64,000 nt of DNA from the IMG/VR virus record IMGVR_UViG_3300046507_000667, positions 124,001 to 188,000 of that record; one strand, 5' to 3'. How positions within the stretch are numbered: position 1 is the stretch's first letter; each line of letters begins with the position of its first letter. Shown one piece after another: positions 29,676 through 39,451 of the stretch. The position numbers and the translations under genes were made by a program. The notes under the pieces are model-generated. The model saw only the letters and a program-made list of their open reading frames with translations. It ran no database searches and had not been told where the DNA came from.

Positions 29676-29687
29676 GATTAATCCTTA

Positions 29688-32600
29688 TTAGTTAATCCAG
29701 AGACGTTGACCATTACTGTTATTTCTTGAGATAGGAATAATACTACAGACAATACCTGTTGCTACATCAGGAATAACGAGAAAGCCATAACGACCTTGTG
29801 AATCTTGGAAATACTGTACTTTACTTGGATCAAGACCCATTTCAGCTACATAGTTCTTAGCAACAGCCAAACTACCAAGTCCAGTAGTCTTTGCATCAAT
29901 ATTATAAGTTACAATAGATGTATCATATACCATATATTGTAAGAAATTAGCAATAGTCTTATCCACTGGACGACGTGAATAGGCTTTACTAATATCAATC
30001 TTGTATACTGTATTAGAAGACTTTAGACCATATGTAGGTGAAATTGCAAAGAACTTAGTTATTCCTCTTACCATAAAGGTAGGATTCTGTACAAATACTT
30101 TAGCTTGACCTGCTTGCTGATAGGTCATATCAGTATAAATAAATACAGCGCTTCTTGGTGGAGCAGTCTCTCTGTACACTCCTTCCATATGAATATCAGG
30201 ACGTATTACGACTGTTACATTTTGCCATAGGTTCAATGCAAAGTCTTGTGTACGTTGAGCATATGCTGAATCTACTTGCTGTTGACTACCATAAAGACTG
30301 TAATTATACTGTGCAAGTATATTATAGGAATTACTATCTGTACTAGATATACCATAATTAGCCGTGGCTACATTAATATTGGTAGGCTTAAGGCTAGTCA
30401 TACTATTTGTATAACTATATGAGCCATTAATACTTAATGTATTATAACTCATATTAAATGAAGGTCGATTAAAATCTCCATTATTAATAGGTATAAAGAC
30501 ACTATTTACACCAATTTTAACTGTAGCTACATTATATATAAACCTATCACCATAGCTAATAAAATATGGATCATGTGCTAAATGCACCTGATATCCTGTC
30601 ATATTGTACCACTTATCATATGAATATGCAGAATTAACTGCACTCAGGATATATCCAAAAGCTACAGCTTTTTTGATAGTTGATACATTGTAAATATAAT
30701 TTGCTTGAGTTAAATAGCTTGGCGCAGTATTTTGTACACCAATACTATAACCGCTATTAACCATTTGCATATTTAAGTTAGATGTATTTCCATAAGCAAC
30801 TCCAGCATAATACATAACTTCAAATACAACTGAATTATATGTATTAGATGTAGCTAGAATATTTGGTCTACTTAATGGATAACCATCTACTGTAGCAGCT
30901 ATTACTTTATTGATACCACTATCAAATTTATTAGCATCAATAGACTCAATATGTGTATCAATACCAAGATAACCATTTACTATACTAGATTGTAAATCAG
31001 TTCGTGTTACATCATATGTATTACCATAGACTGTCAATGTTGTTCGTCTTGGATCTGGTAATTCATAATTAACTGATTGTAGTTGAGTCGAATCATGTAC
31101 TAATATGGTTTGGTCCATACTAAATACTGGACGATCCAATACATCTGGAATTGGCTGATCTTGAGATAATACTGTTGTAGAATCCTTTAATTGATAATCA
31201 TAGTACTGATCTGGTTGAGTCCATCGACGAGTTACTAATGCATTATCAAAGAATGCAACTACTGAATCCTGAGTTGAACCTACACCTTGGACAATTTCAG
31301 TTGTTTCAGGTAATTTTGTAGGTTGTGAGTTTAGCATATAGATATTATCTTCTAATTGCTGTTCAACCTCATACTTAACTACACCCTGAATAGGAATTGG
31401 TAAAGCTTGTAGTGTTACAATATGATTACCATACGCATCGTCAATATAATGGTATGATCGAGTTTGAGCCATCATCTGCATTAGATAACGGATATCAATT
31501 GTATGACCATTACCTACTGTACCAGTATCAATGAAGTCAGCATCAGTACCAGTACCATTCTTATCAATAGCAAACTGAAGAATACCCGGTTCTTTTGTAG
31601 TTAATGTACAAGTAAACCCTTCAGTCATACCAGTAATAGTCTGTGAGTCAGTCTCAATCAAAGTACCTGGAAATACATCAGTTGCTGAAGGTAATGTAAT
31701 TGGATTTGGTACTAAATTTGGTATAGAACGGAATACAAATGTTATTGGCTCAAATTCACTTAAAAGTTGGAGCACCCTTGAGTCGTAGTAATTAGTAAAC
31801 GCTGGACATGTAATACTAAGAACTGCGCCGTTTTCGAGGTACCCTGACGTAAACGCTTGACCATTATATTGAACCGTAAAACCATCGATATTATCAAATT
31901 GCACAAACTGTGCTCGTGCAAAGCTTAATGTATACGAAATAGTTTTAGCTGTGTTTAAAGGAATATCAAGAGTCTGTACTACTACACCAACTTTTGGTTG
32001 ATAAACTAAAAATGGTGGAGTAATATCAGTATATAGTGATGTGATATAGAATTCTTTATTCAATGCTGTAGAAGCATATGCAAAGTTGACATCTGGCGCA
32101 GATTTAAGTACACCATTATCAAAATATTCATTATCTGAAAGTGATGCAATATATTCATCACTATTATCTGATGATACACCTGTTGCTAAGAATTTCGTTT
32201 CATATTCAATAGTGTAAGTATAATCAAGATTATTGAATGTAATTACACGGTTATTATATGCATCAACTACCCATACTTTAGAAGCAATAGTAGTATCAAT
32301 TTGATTATCTGATGCAATAGAAGTAAATACACTATTAGCTGTAGCAAATCTTGTTGTAAGATTGCCACTGAGCCAAGTATAAATACCTTTGTTATTAGTA
32401 ACCCAAATGACATCTTTAATATCAGTAAAGATAGCAGTTGGATTTAAATTAGTCATTGGATATGAATGAACTAATGAAATTACAGTACTAACGGCACTAT
32501 ATACATTAATCTTATCATCATATGCTACAATAATCTGACTTTGCTGATTAGATGTTGCATATCTAGCATTTGCTGGAATTGCAAATGCTGCAGCATTATT

Positions 32601-33188
32601 CAAAGAAAAATCAGCATTAACTGGAATAATACTGTTTTCAGTTACAATATAGTCATATGCTACAGCTGTATCATCCTGAGTCCATAATGGGGTATAGACT
32701 GATGCAATAGGCATCGATGTAAGTGTAGCTTTTTTGACTTCATTTGTAGCACTGAAAAACCACACATCTTTCTTTACATAGTCAAAAACTGTTGTAACGT
32801 CAGATGGTGTAAATGTTTGTGTAGGTGTATATGGAGTCTCAATGACTGCAGCTGTATCAGTATCAATACTGATAAACTTTCCATATGAAGTACCTGTCAT
32901 TTGACGAAGCTTTGAGGCATCATCAAGGTAATAATAACGTCCTGCTGCAGGTGGAGTTACAATACACCAGTCAAAAGTCTTTCCAAGATACGATACTGGA
33001 ATAGTCTTACTTGTTGTAGTACTGGTAGAGATCGTAAACGAATCATTTTGTTTGACATTGATGTCAGTATTTGGCTGATACGTTGTCCCATTGTAAGTAA
33101 CTGTAGCATTAACGTTTAATACCCCTGATAAATCGGCAGTCACTGTTGTAGAAACAGTACCACTGCCATAAGTAACTGGAATATACAT
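29688..33188 (-). CDS. Large beta-rich virion/tail protein
   Basis: 1166 aa; propeller-like N-half (VWVVDAYNNRVI), Y/N/S/T-rich C-half. Confidence 0.7.
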   Translation of the reverse strand: MYIPVTYGSGTVSTTVTADLSGVLNVNATVTYNGTTYQPNTDINVKQNDSFTISTSTTTSKTIPVSYLGKTFDWCIVTPPAAGRYYYLDDASKLRQMTGTSYGKFISIDTDTAAVIETPYTPTQTFTPSDVTTVFDYVKKDVWFFSATNEVKKATLTSMPIASVYTPLWTQDDTAVAYDYIVTENSIIPVNADFSLNNAAAFAIPANARYATSNQQSQIIVAYDDKINVYSAVSTVISLVHSYPMTNLNPTAIFTDIKDVIWVTNNKGIYTWLSGNLTTRFATANSVFTSIASDNQIDTTIASKVWVVDAYNNRVITFNNLDYTYTIEYETKFLATGVSSDNSDEYIASLSDNEYFDNGVLKSAPDVNFAYASTALNKEFYITSLYTDITPPFLVYQPKVGVVVQTLDIPLNTAKTISYTLSFARAQFVQFDNIDGFTVQYNGQAFTSGYLENGAVLSITCPAFTNYYDSRVLQLLSEFEPITFVFRSIPNLVPNPITLPSATDVFPGTLIETDSQTITGMTEGFTCTLTTKEPGILQFAIDKNGTGTDADFIDTGTVGNGHTIDIRYLMQMMAQTRSYHYIDDAYGNHIVTLQALPIPIQGVVKYEVEQQLEDNIYMLNSQPTKLPETTEIVQGVGSTQDSVVAFFDNALVTRRWTQPDQYYDYQLKDSTTVLSQDQPIPDVLDRPVFSMDQTILVHDSTQLQSVNYELPDPRRTTLTVYGNTYDVTRTDLQSSIVNGYLGIDTHIESIDANKFDSGINKVIAATVDGYPLSRPNILATSNTYNSVVFEVMYYAGVAYGNTSNLNMQMVNSGYSIGVQNTAPSYLTQANYIYNVSTIKKAVAFGYILSAVNSAYSYDKWYNMTGYQVHLAHDPYFISYGDRFIYNVATVKIGVNSVFIPINNGDFNRPSFNMSYNTLSINGSYSYTNSMTSLKPTNINVATANYGISSTDSNSYNILAQYNYSLYGSQQQVDSAYAQRTQDFALNLWQNVTVVIRPDIHMEGVYRETAPPRSAVFIYTDMTYQQAGQAKVFVQNPTFMVRGITKFFAISPTYGLKSSNTVYKIDISKAYSRRPVDKTIANFLQYMVYDTSIVTYNIDAKTTGLGSLAVAKNYVAEMGLDPSKVQYFQDSQGRYGFLVIPDVATGIVCSIIPISRNNSNGQRLWIN

Positions 33189-33263
33189 TTTACAGTCCTT
33201 TTTCTATAAGTATCATAGGATACTTCTGTCATGCATTAATTAACTAATAAAAGGTTAAAGAAA

Positions 33264-33293
33264 TCCCTATACTGGCATTGACCAGTATAGGGA
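33264..33293. terminator. CCC(T/C)ATAC-family hairpin
   Basis: Perfect 12-bp stem TCCCTATACTGG/CCAGTATAGGGA. Confidence 0.75.
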
Positions 33294-33316
33294 ATTAATA
33301 AGCTTTCATCAGTCAA

Positions 33317-34630
33317 CTAGGTAGTAAAACCTACTTCAAGGTTTGCTAAATCTGCCGCTCCAAATAATGTACCATCTTTACGAGCAGTAAATAAACCATT
33401 CATAGGATAGGCGGAACCTACTGGAACTGAATTAGGTGCAAAAGCAGTATCGATAGTTGTATTTGGATTTGAACTATTATAAGTACTAGCAGATAGACTC
33501 ATAGCTGAGTCACTAGAATTAAAGGAAGTAGCATTTACACCAATTCCAAAAATATTTTTTGGTACTTTTGAAAATGGAAATTTATAAGTATCTTTAATTC
33601 CAATAGTCGTTGCTGATACATATTCAGTGGCAGACATAGCTTCATAATAGTTCAATCTACCTGCATCAAAACGACTAAAATTAGAATTACTTCCATTGGC
33701 ATTTGGTGATACTCTACTAATATACTGCGGACCAATAGGAAATTGCATATTTGGATCAGCTGTACCAGTACTATAGATGATTAAATCATCCAACCAGAAT
33801 CCGCCACCCTTGGTATATCCATTCCAAGGACTACCAAATGCTACATATGGATAAGATTGAGCAGTAGTTGAGCCAGGATTACCTAATCCTTCATCAACAG
33901 GACCACCAAATTCCATATTACCATCAATATATGTTATTGAATATGATCGATGATATATTGTACTTGCTTGAGTCCATGTATATTGAAAACCAAGCATCTC
34001 AATCCAATGCCATTTATTGTCATTCAACTGAGTAGTTCCAGTCACTAATGGCTGAGTATAGATTGAATTAAAGCAAGGATTAGCAAAAACAATACTACCC
34101 TTATTATAATAAATATCCATCCAGCCAAGACTATCTGTGGATGACGATGCCATAGCTGCAAGAGAAGCTGGTCTTGTCATAAATCGGCAATAAGCAACAC
34201 CATTACCATACCACACATTAGGATCAAATCTAACCCAGAAACCAATAGCGGTTGTTATATTAACTGAAGGAGTTAATAAGCTTGGATCTGGTGCTGCAGA
34301 TAAGGTACCGAAATTTTTTCTATTACTCAATGCATTGCCAATTGGAGAAAATCCAACACAAGACATAAGAGGAAAATAGAGACTTGACGGACTAGATGGA
34401 ATTGCAGGATTTTGCCTATCTACTAAAGGTTTAACTGTCGTACTAATACCAATTGTCCATGTCGATGGAGTGCTAGAATTAGCTCTAGATCCACTATCAT
34501 ATACAGTAGCTGTATTATAACTAAATGCATTAAGTGCAGATGCTGCATTTGTAAATACATTACTAGCTGTTAATGCTGTAGCATGGGCTAAATTTGGATA
34601 ATCAAAACCTTCATAACGAAGGACAGCCAT
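33317..34630 (-). CDS. LamG/concanavalin-like adhesin paralog D
   Basis: YEGFDYP, GFWVR, DNKWHWIE, WLDDL, FPIG and terminal EVG. Confidence 0.75.
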   Translation of the reverse strand: MAVLRYEGFDYPNLAHATALTASNVFTNAASALNAFSYNTATVYDSGSRANSSTPSTWTIGISTTVKPLVDRQNPAIPSSPSSLYFPLMSCVGFSPIGNALSNRKNFGTLSAAPDPSLLTPSVNITTAIGFWVRFDPNVWYGNGVAYCRFMTRPASLAAMASSSTDSLGWMDIYYNKGSIVFANPCFNSIYTQPLVTGTTQLNDNKWHWIEMLGFQYTWTQASTIYHRSYSITYIDGNMEFGGPVDEGLGNPGSTTAQSYPYVAFGSPWNGYTKGGGFWLDDLIIYSTGTADPNMQFPIGPQYISRVSPNANGSNSNFSRFDAGRLNYYEAMSATEYVSATTIGIKDTYKFPFSKVPKNIFGIGVNATSFNSSDSAMSLSASTYNSSNPNTTIDTAFAPNSVPVGSAYPMNGLFTARKDGTLFGAADLANLEVGFTT

Positions 34631-34638
34631 AAATCCTC

Positions 34639-34905
34639 CTATGAGAGATTTTTAATTGCTTTTTTTGGACGTGAAATATTAGGCTTAGTTGCAGCAGAAT
34701 AAATAATATCATATGTAACATTATTTACTTGTAAGCCCTTTGCAAAACTACAAATGAAGTCAAAATACATATTGTTTATCGTAATTCGACGATCATCAAC
34801 ATTTGCCACAAAATCATATGACATATTATCAAATGTGATTTTGCGGTCATCAATATTTGTTATAAAGTCATAAGAAGTATTATCGAAGCCAAATTGATTA
34901 GCCAT
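34639..34905 (-). CDS. Small repeat protein B (four ~18-aa beta-strand repeats plus RPKKAIKNLS tail)
   Basis: TAAGGA RBS; FDNxSYDFxxNxDDR repeats. Confidence 0.8.
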   Translation of the reverse strand: MANQFGFDNTSYDFITNIDDRKITFDNMSYDFVANVDDRRITINNMYFDFICSFAKGLQVNNVTYDIIYSAATKPNISRPKKAIKNLS

Positions 34906-34914
34906 ATTATTTCC

Positions 34915-36243
34915 TTATGACTTATATATGCCAAATTCCATTTGACCTGTTGCTACATAGTTAGCTGGAATGAATGCAGTTTTTGCAGCATCACCTTCAG
35001 TATAAGTATCAATTAATGTTGTTATATTAGTAAATGATAATGTATTACTTAATGTAATTGCAGTAGTTGAACTCTTTAAATTATTAAAAGCCGTTCCCTG
35101 AGAATCATTTCTATTAGCAGCATAAATAGATGTATTAGACATCGTATTAATTGCTGAAATATTAATAGCAACTGCAAAAACTATATTAGGTGTAAAATCT
35201 AATGGTTGATGATGGTATGTTTCAGTTACCCCACTAGTAGTTGTAGATACATATGTTGCAGTATCAGTACTTGATGCAGCCTGCCAATTAGCTAAACTAC
35301 CATTACTAGATACCATTGAATTTTCAGAAGCTCGCATTGAAGGACCACTAGGAAATCTACGCTGAATTCTAGTACGTCCAATAGGCCAATATACTCTAGA
35401 ATCAATAGTCTTACCATGATAAAATAAAGTCATATCATCAATCCAAAAACCAGATGCATAACCAGTTGCCATAGTATTGGTAGTACCAAGTGATAGATAT
35501 GGATTAGGTGTTGCCACTGTATTTGGATTAACTAAGTTTGCTGATTGTATTGCTGCAATATCGACAAAATAGTCTACATATAGGCCGCTATATGTATACT
35601 GCCACATATTTGAACCATTGACATAATATTGCTGACTAATATATATTTCAACCCAATGCCAATTTCCATCTAAAATATTAGTAATACCTGTACCAACTCC
35701 AGCAGGAGCAAGAGAATGAACTCCTACACTACTAAATACTACTGTACCGTCCGCTTTCTTAGTAAGTGCTAATGCAGTAATTGCACCACCGCCAGCAGCA
35801 CCTCTTGCATTTATAGGACTATTTCCTTTAGATAAAAGCCTATATGTAGCAGCCGTAGCACCATTCCAAATAGCAGGATTTAGTTTAAACCAAAATCCAT
35901 AACTCCAACTAAATAGAGCAGCTGAAGGAGTTCCATTATTAGTACCGATAGCCACACTGGGCCAAAGTGTCATTGGTATAGCAGAAATACTTAATGCTGC
36001 TCCTTCTGGAAAATATACACTACATGGCGCAGTAGAAAATGGTTTTTCATTACGTTCTACTGTAGGTGCAGTAGCACTAATTCCAACTTGAGCAGGAGTG
36101 ATTGGAGTTTGATTGTTCGCTTGAATACTATTACCCCATAGAGTAGACATGCCATTGGTAAAAGCATTGTTTGCTGTCAATGCAGTACCATGTGGCATAG
36201 TACTTGCAGGATATTCAAATCCTTCATATAAGTATACACTCAT
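34915..36243 (-). CDS. LamG/concanavalin-like adhesin paralog C
   Basis: YEGFEYP, GFWFK, DGNWHWVE, WIDDM, WPIG and terminal EFG. Confidence 0.75.
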   Translation of the reverse strand: MSVYLYEGFEYPASTMPHGTALTANNAFTNGMSTLWGNSIQANNQTPITPAQVGISATAPTVERNEKPFSTAPCSVYFPEGAALSISAIPMTLWPSVAIGTNNGTPSAALFSWSYGFWFKLNPAIWNGATAATYRLLSKGNSPINARGAAGGGAITALALTKKADGTVVFSSVGVHSLAPAGVGTGITNILDGNWHWVEIYISQQYYVNGSNMWQYTYSGLYVDYFVDIAAIQSANLVNPNTVATPNPYLSLGTTNTMATGYASGFWIDDMTLFYHGKTIDSRVYWPIGRTRIQRRFPSGPSMRASENSMVSSNGSLANWQAASSTDTATYVSTTTSGVTETYHHQPLDFTPNIVFAVAINISAINTMSNTSIYAANRNDSQGTAFNNLKSSTTAITLSNTLSFTNITTLIDTYTEGDAAKTAFIPANYVATGQMEFGIYKS

Positions 36244-36253
36244 ATTAATTCCT

Positions 36254-36628
36254 TTAAGAAAGATTTTTAACAGCTTTCTTAGGCCGTAAAAAATTCACTT
36301 TTTGTTTTACTGAATGAATGACATCGATATAAAGATCGACAACATCTACTTCAGCACTGCGCATAGTACAAATAACATCTAAAGACATATCAAAAGCCTT
36401 TAGTGCTCTATCATTTGTACCCGCTACAGTATCAGTATATAAATCATAAACATTTGTAATTCTGTCATTAGTGCCACCTACAACATCTAATGAAGCGCTA
36501 TATACTCTTAGTTGTCTATCATTGGTACCAGCGATAGTATCTGCATATATATCATATATATTCATAACTCTATCATTGGTACCAGCGACAACATCTAAGC
36601 TAGCATTATACCAATTTAGGCTAGCCAT
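36254..36628 (-). CDS. Small repeat protein A (six ~18-aa beta-strand repeats plus RPKKAVKNLS tail)
   Basis: Four GTNDR-ended repeats plus two degenerate ones. Confidence 0.8.
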   Translation of the reverse strand: MASLNWYNASLDVVAGTNDRVMNIYDIYADTIAGTNDRQLRVYSASLDVVGGTNDRITNVYDLYTDTVAGTNDRALKAFDMSLDVICTMRSAEVDVVDLYIDVIHSVKQKVNFLRPKKAVKNLS

Positions 36629-36637
36629 AATATACCC

Positions 36638-37999
36638 TTACGGAGTCACATATTTAAAGCCAATTTCATACTTTGACCATTTAGTAGGATCAATATCATA
36701 ACGGGTAGTACCACCAGCATAAAGTTGATCAAAAATAAATGGGCTATATGTATAACCAGCATATGCAATATTGGTAGTCTGTGAAGTGTTTGATAAATTA
36801 GCTGTAACGTTAGCTAAAGTACTTGCACCTGCAGCAGCATCATCTGATGCTTTGACCATAGGGTATATTGCTTGTTGAGTCATAGTATTCGATGCTACAA
36901 GGACATATCCTACACCATTAATCTTATCAGGTATCCAATCTAATGGAGCAAATTTATATGTATCAACAGCACTTTGTGTAGTAGACACTGAATTACCAGT
37001 AGTTGTACCTTGTACTAATTGATAATTTGCCTTAGTATTATCACTTGGAGTAAATTGAGCATTGGAACCTGCAGCAATAGCACGTTTACGTGAAATTCGT
37101 TGACGCCCTAATGGAAATACTGTTTTCTGGCCAGCCGCATTAAAGTATACAATAATATCATCTAGAAAAATAGACATATTAGAAGAACCTGCTGCAGCTT
37201 CATTTCTAAAATAATTATAATATGTACCAGTAATTGCACTTGAAGACCATTGTACAATACCAGGAGTTATTTCAGAATAATCTATATATAAACGATAATA
37301 TTGCGCTGTAAGAGATGTAGAAAAGCCAGCTACAAGTTCAATCCAATGCCACTGATTATCAAATAAATTTATATTTGGTGTAGATATAGCTGGTGCTGCA
37401 TTAGTTCCACCAGCATATGCAGTTTGTATATAACCGTCAGTTCCACCAGAATTTCTTGATCCGCCATATGTAGGTGAAGATATTGCTAATAAAGTAGCTG
37501 GACCAGCATCTGAAGCTGTATTAAGTGCACTTGCATTTTTAATTAGTGGATAAGTAGTAAACGATGTAGTTTGCGCGGTTGATGAATATTTATTCCAACC
37601 AGTATCATACTTAATCCAAAAACCAAACCCAAAAGACATATTTGCTGAACTAGCTATAAAGTTATTATTATATGGACCAGTCGATGGTGATGCCCAAAAT
37701 GGATATACACTTAATAATGCTTGAGGAGCTAATTCTAAGCAAGATGATCCAGGATATAAAGCCTGTGATCTATTTACTTTGCAGTTAACTGTCTTTATAC
37801 TTGCTGCAAATGAATTTTCTGGACGTACATTTGGAGTATTCCCACCAGCACCAACTGGAATATTTGTACCAGTTGGAGTAACTGCATTAAAATTATTAAA
37901 TGGATGAAGATAGCTAGTCCAAACATTTGCCGATGTTAGTAATGTACCATCTGCTAAAGAACTAGGATAATCAAATCCTTCATATGCAACAATACTCAT
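36638..37999 (-). CDS. LamG/concanavalin-like adhesin paralog B
   Basis: YEGFDYP, GFWIK, DNQWHWIE, FLDDI, FPLG and terminal EIG. Confidence 0.75.
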   Translation of the reverse strand: MSIVAYEGFDYPSSLADGTLLTSANVWTSYLHPFNNFNAVTPTGTNIPVGAGGNTPNVRPENSFAASIKTVNCKVNRSQALYPGSSCLELAPQALLSVYPFWASPSTGPYNNNFIASSANMSFGFGFWIKYDTGWNKYSSTAQTTSFTTYPLIKNASALNTASDAGPATLLAISSPTYGGSRNSGGTDGYIQTAYAGGTNAAPAISTPNINLFDNQWHWIELVAGFSTSLTAQYYRLYIDYSEITPGIVQWSSSAITGTYYNYFRNEAAAGSSNMSIFLDDIIVYFNAAGQKTVFPLGRQRISRKRAIAAGSNAQFTPSDNTKANYQLVQGTTTGNSVSTTQSAVDTYKFAPLDWIPDKINGVGYVLVASNTMTQQAIYPMVKASDDAAAGASTLANVTANLSNTSQTTNIAYAGYTYSPFIFDQLYAGGTTRYDIDPTKWSKYEIGFKYVTP

Positions 38000-38011
38000 T
38001 ATTATTCTCCT

Positions 38012-39352
38012 TTAGATAGTAATACCAAATTCAGCATTAATATAATCTATTGGTCTAAGCTGTGTCATAATTGGAACTGCTACACCGCCATTTGAGCCAT
38101 TAATACCAGTATAATATTGATCAAATAACATTGTAACACCAGTTATTGTATTCGTTGATAATGTAGCATAAACTACTTCATTATTTAGCCCATTAGCTGC
38201 AATAGTTGCATTATCATAATTATTATATAATCCCATTACAGTACCTGCTTGGAATAATGCACCGGCTGGAGGAATTAAAAAGGGCGAAATTTTTGTAGTA
38301 GCTAAAGTATTAGCCATAGCTACATTAAAACCATAACCAATAATTTTATCTGGATTAAATGGTAAAGGCTGAAATTTAAATCCTTCATATTTACCTGTAA
38401 CTGGAGTATTAAGATTATCTACTCCATTATTTTGAGTTACAGTCTGATATGGTGCTAGACCTGTATTACTATTTATAAAATCTTGCTTTGTACCATTAGT
38501 AATTGGTTTTGTTCTAAAAATTCTTTGGCGTCCAATAGGGAATACTGCAGGGCCATTATATTGGCCTGCAGCAGTGCTACCAGTAAGGGCATTATTATTA
38601 TTATAAAAAATTATATCATCTATAAAAATTGAAAAATTTGTAGCTGCATCATTAAAAAAATACTTTGCAAGATATGTATCAACAGTACCACCACTAGCAA
38701 AAGATCCAGATGTATATGGAAAATAATCTACATAGTGTTGATAGTATGTAGTATTTGTAGTAAATGACATTGCTACTTCAAACCAATGCCATCTATTATC
38801 AAACCATGTAGTTGGTGTAGCTGTAGTTGCTGTACTAAAGCTACTAGTAGTATTAGTACGATTGGTAATACTACCATCACCATTTACAGACATTTCACCT
38901 ACTTTTAATGCTGTATTATCTGTACCATTAACAATACCTCTAGCCATAAACCATACTTGGGCGCTTGAAGCTAAACTAGTGGCATTTGGACCAAATTTAA
39001 TCCAAAAACCCATACCTACCCGTCTTTGGTTAGCAGATCCATAGTTTGTACCACCATTTGGCTGTCCATTGAATGTAGCAGTTGTAGCATCTCGCCATAA
39101 ATTTGCAACTGAAAAACCTGCTCCTGGAGGAAGTTCAATACAAGTTCCACCAAATTGAGATTGTGAACGATTTACTAAGCAGCCCCATGAATATGAAACA
39201 GGCGATCCACGATTTGTACCTTGACCATAGTTACCAGTTCCTACTCCTAAAGCACTATAGCTATTAGTCTGAATGGTTGAATTGGTAAGTAAAGTACCTT
39301 CAGCCATTGAATCAGGATAATCAAATCCTTCGTAACAAAATAAACTACCCAT
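38012..39352 (-). CDS. LamG/concanavalin-like adhesin paralog A
   Basis: YEGFDYP, GFWIK, DNRWHWFE, FIDDI, FPIG and terminal EFG. Confidence 0.75.
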   Translation of the reverse strand: MGSLFCYEGFDYPDSMAEGTLLTNSTIQTNSYSALGVGTGNYGQGTNRGSPVSYSWGCLVNRSQSQFGGTCIELPPGAGFSVANLWRDATTATFNGQPNGGTNYGSANQRRVGMGFWIKFGPNATSLASSAQVWFMARGIVNGTDNTALKVGEMSVNGDGSITNRTNTTSSFSTATTATPTTWFDNRWHWFEVAMSFTTNTTYYQHYVDYFPYTSGSFASGGTVDTYLAKYFFNDAATNFSIFIDDIIFYNNNNALTGSTAAGQYNGPAVFPIGRQRIFRTKPITNGTKQDFINSNTGLAPYQTVTQNNGVDNLNTPVTGKYEGFKFQPLPFNPDKIIGYGFNVAMANTLATTKISPFLIPPAGALFQAGTVMGLYNNYDNATIAANGLNNEVVYATLSTNTITGVTMLFDQYYTGINGSNGGVAVPIMTQLRPIDYINAEFGITI

Positions 39353-39451
39353 GATAAATTTCCTTTGTAAAAAGAAAACCCTCTAACTCCCTTTCGGAAG
39401 TTAGAGGATCTTTATATTGCTTAATACTTAACTAATAAATTGTATTATTAA

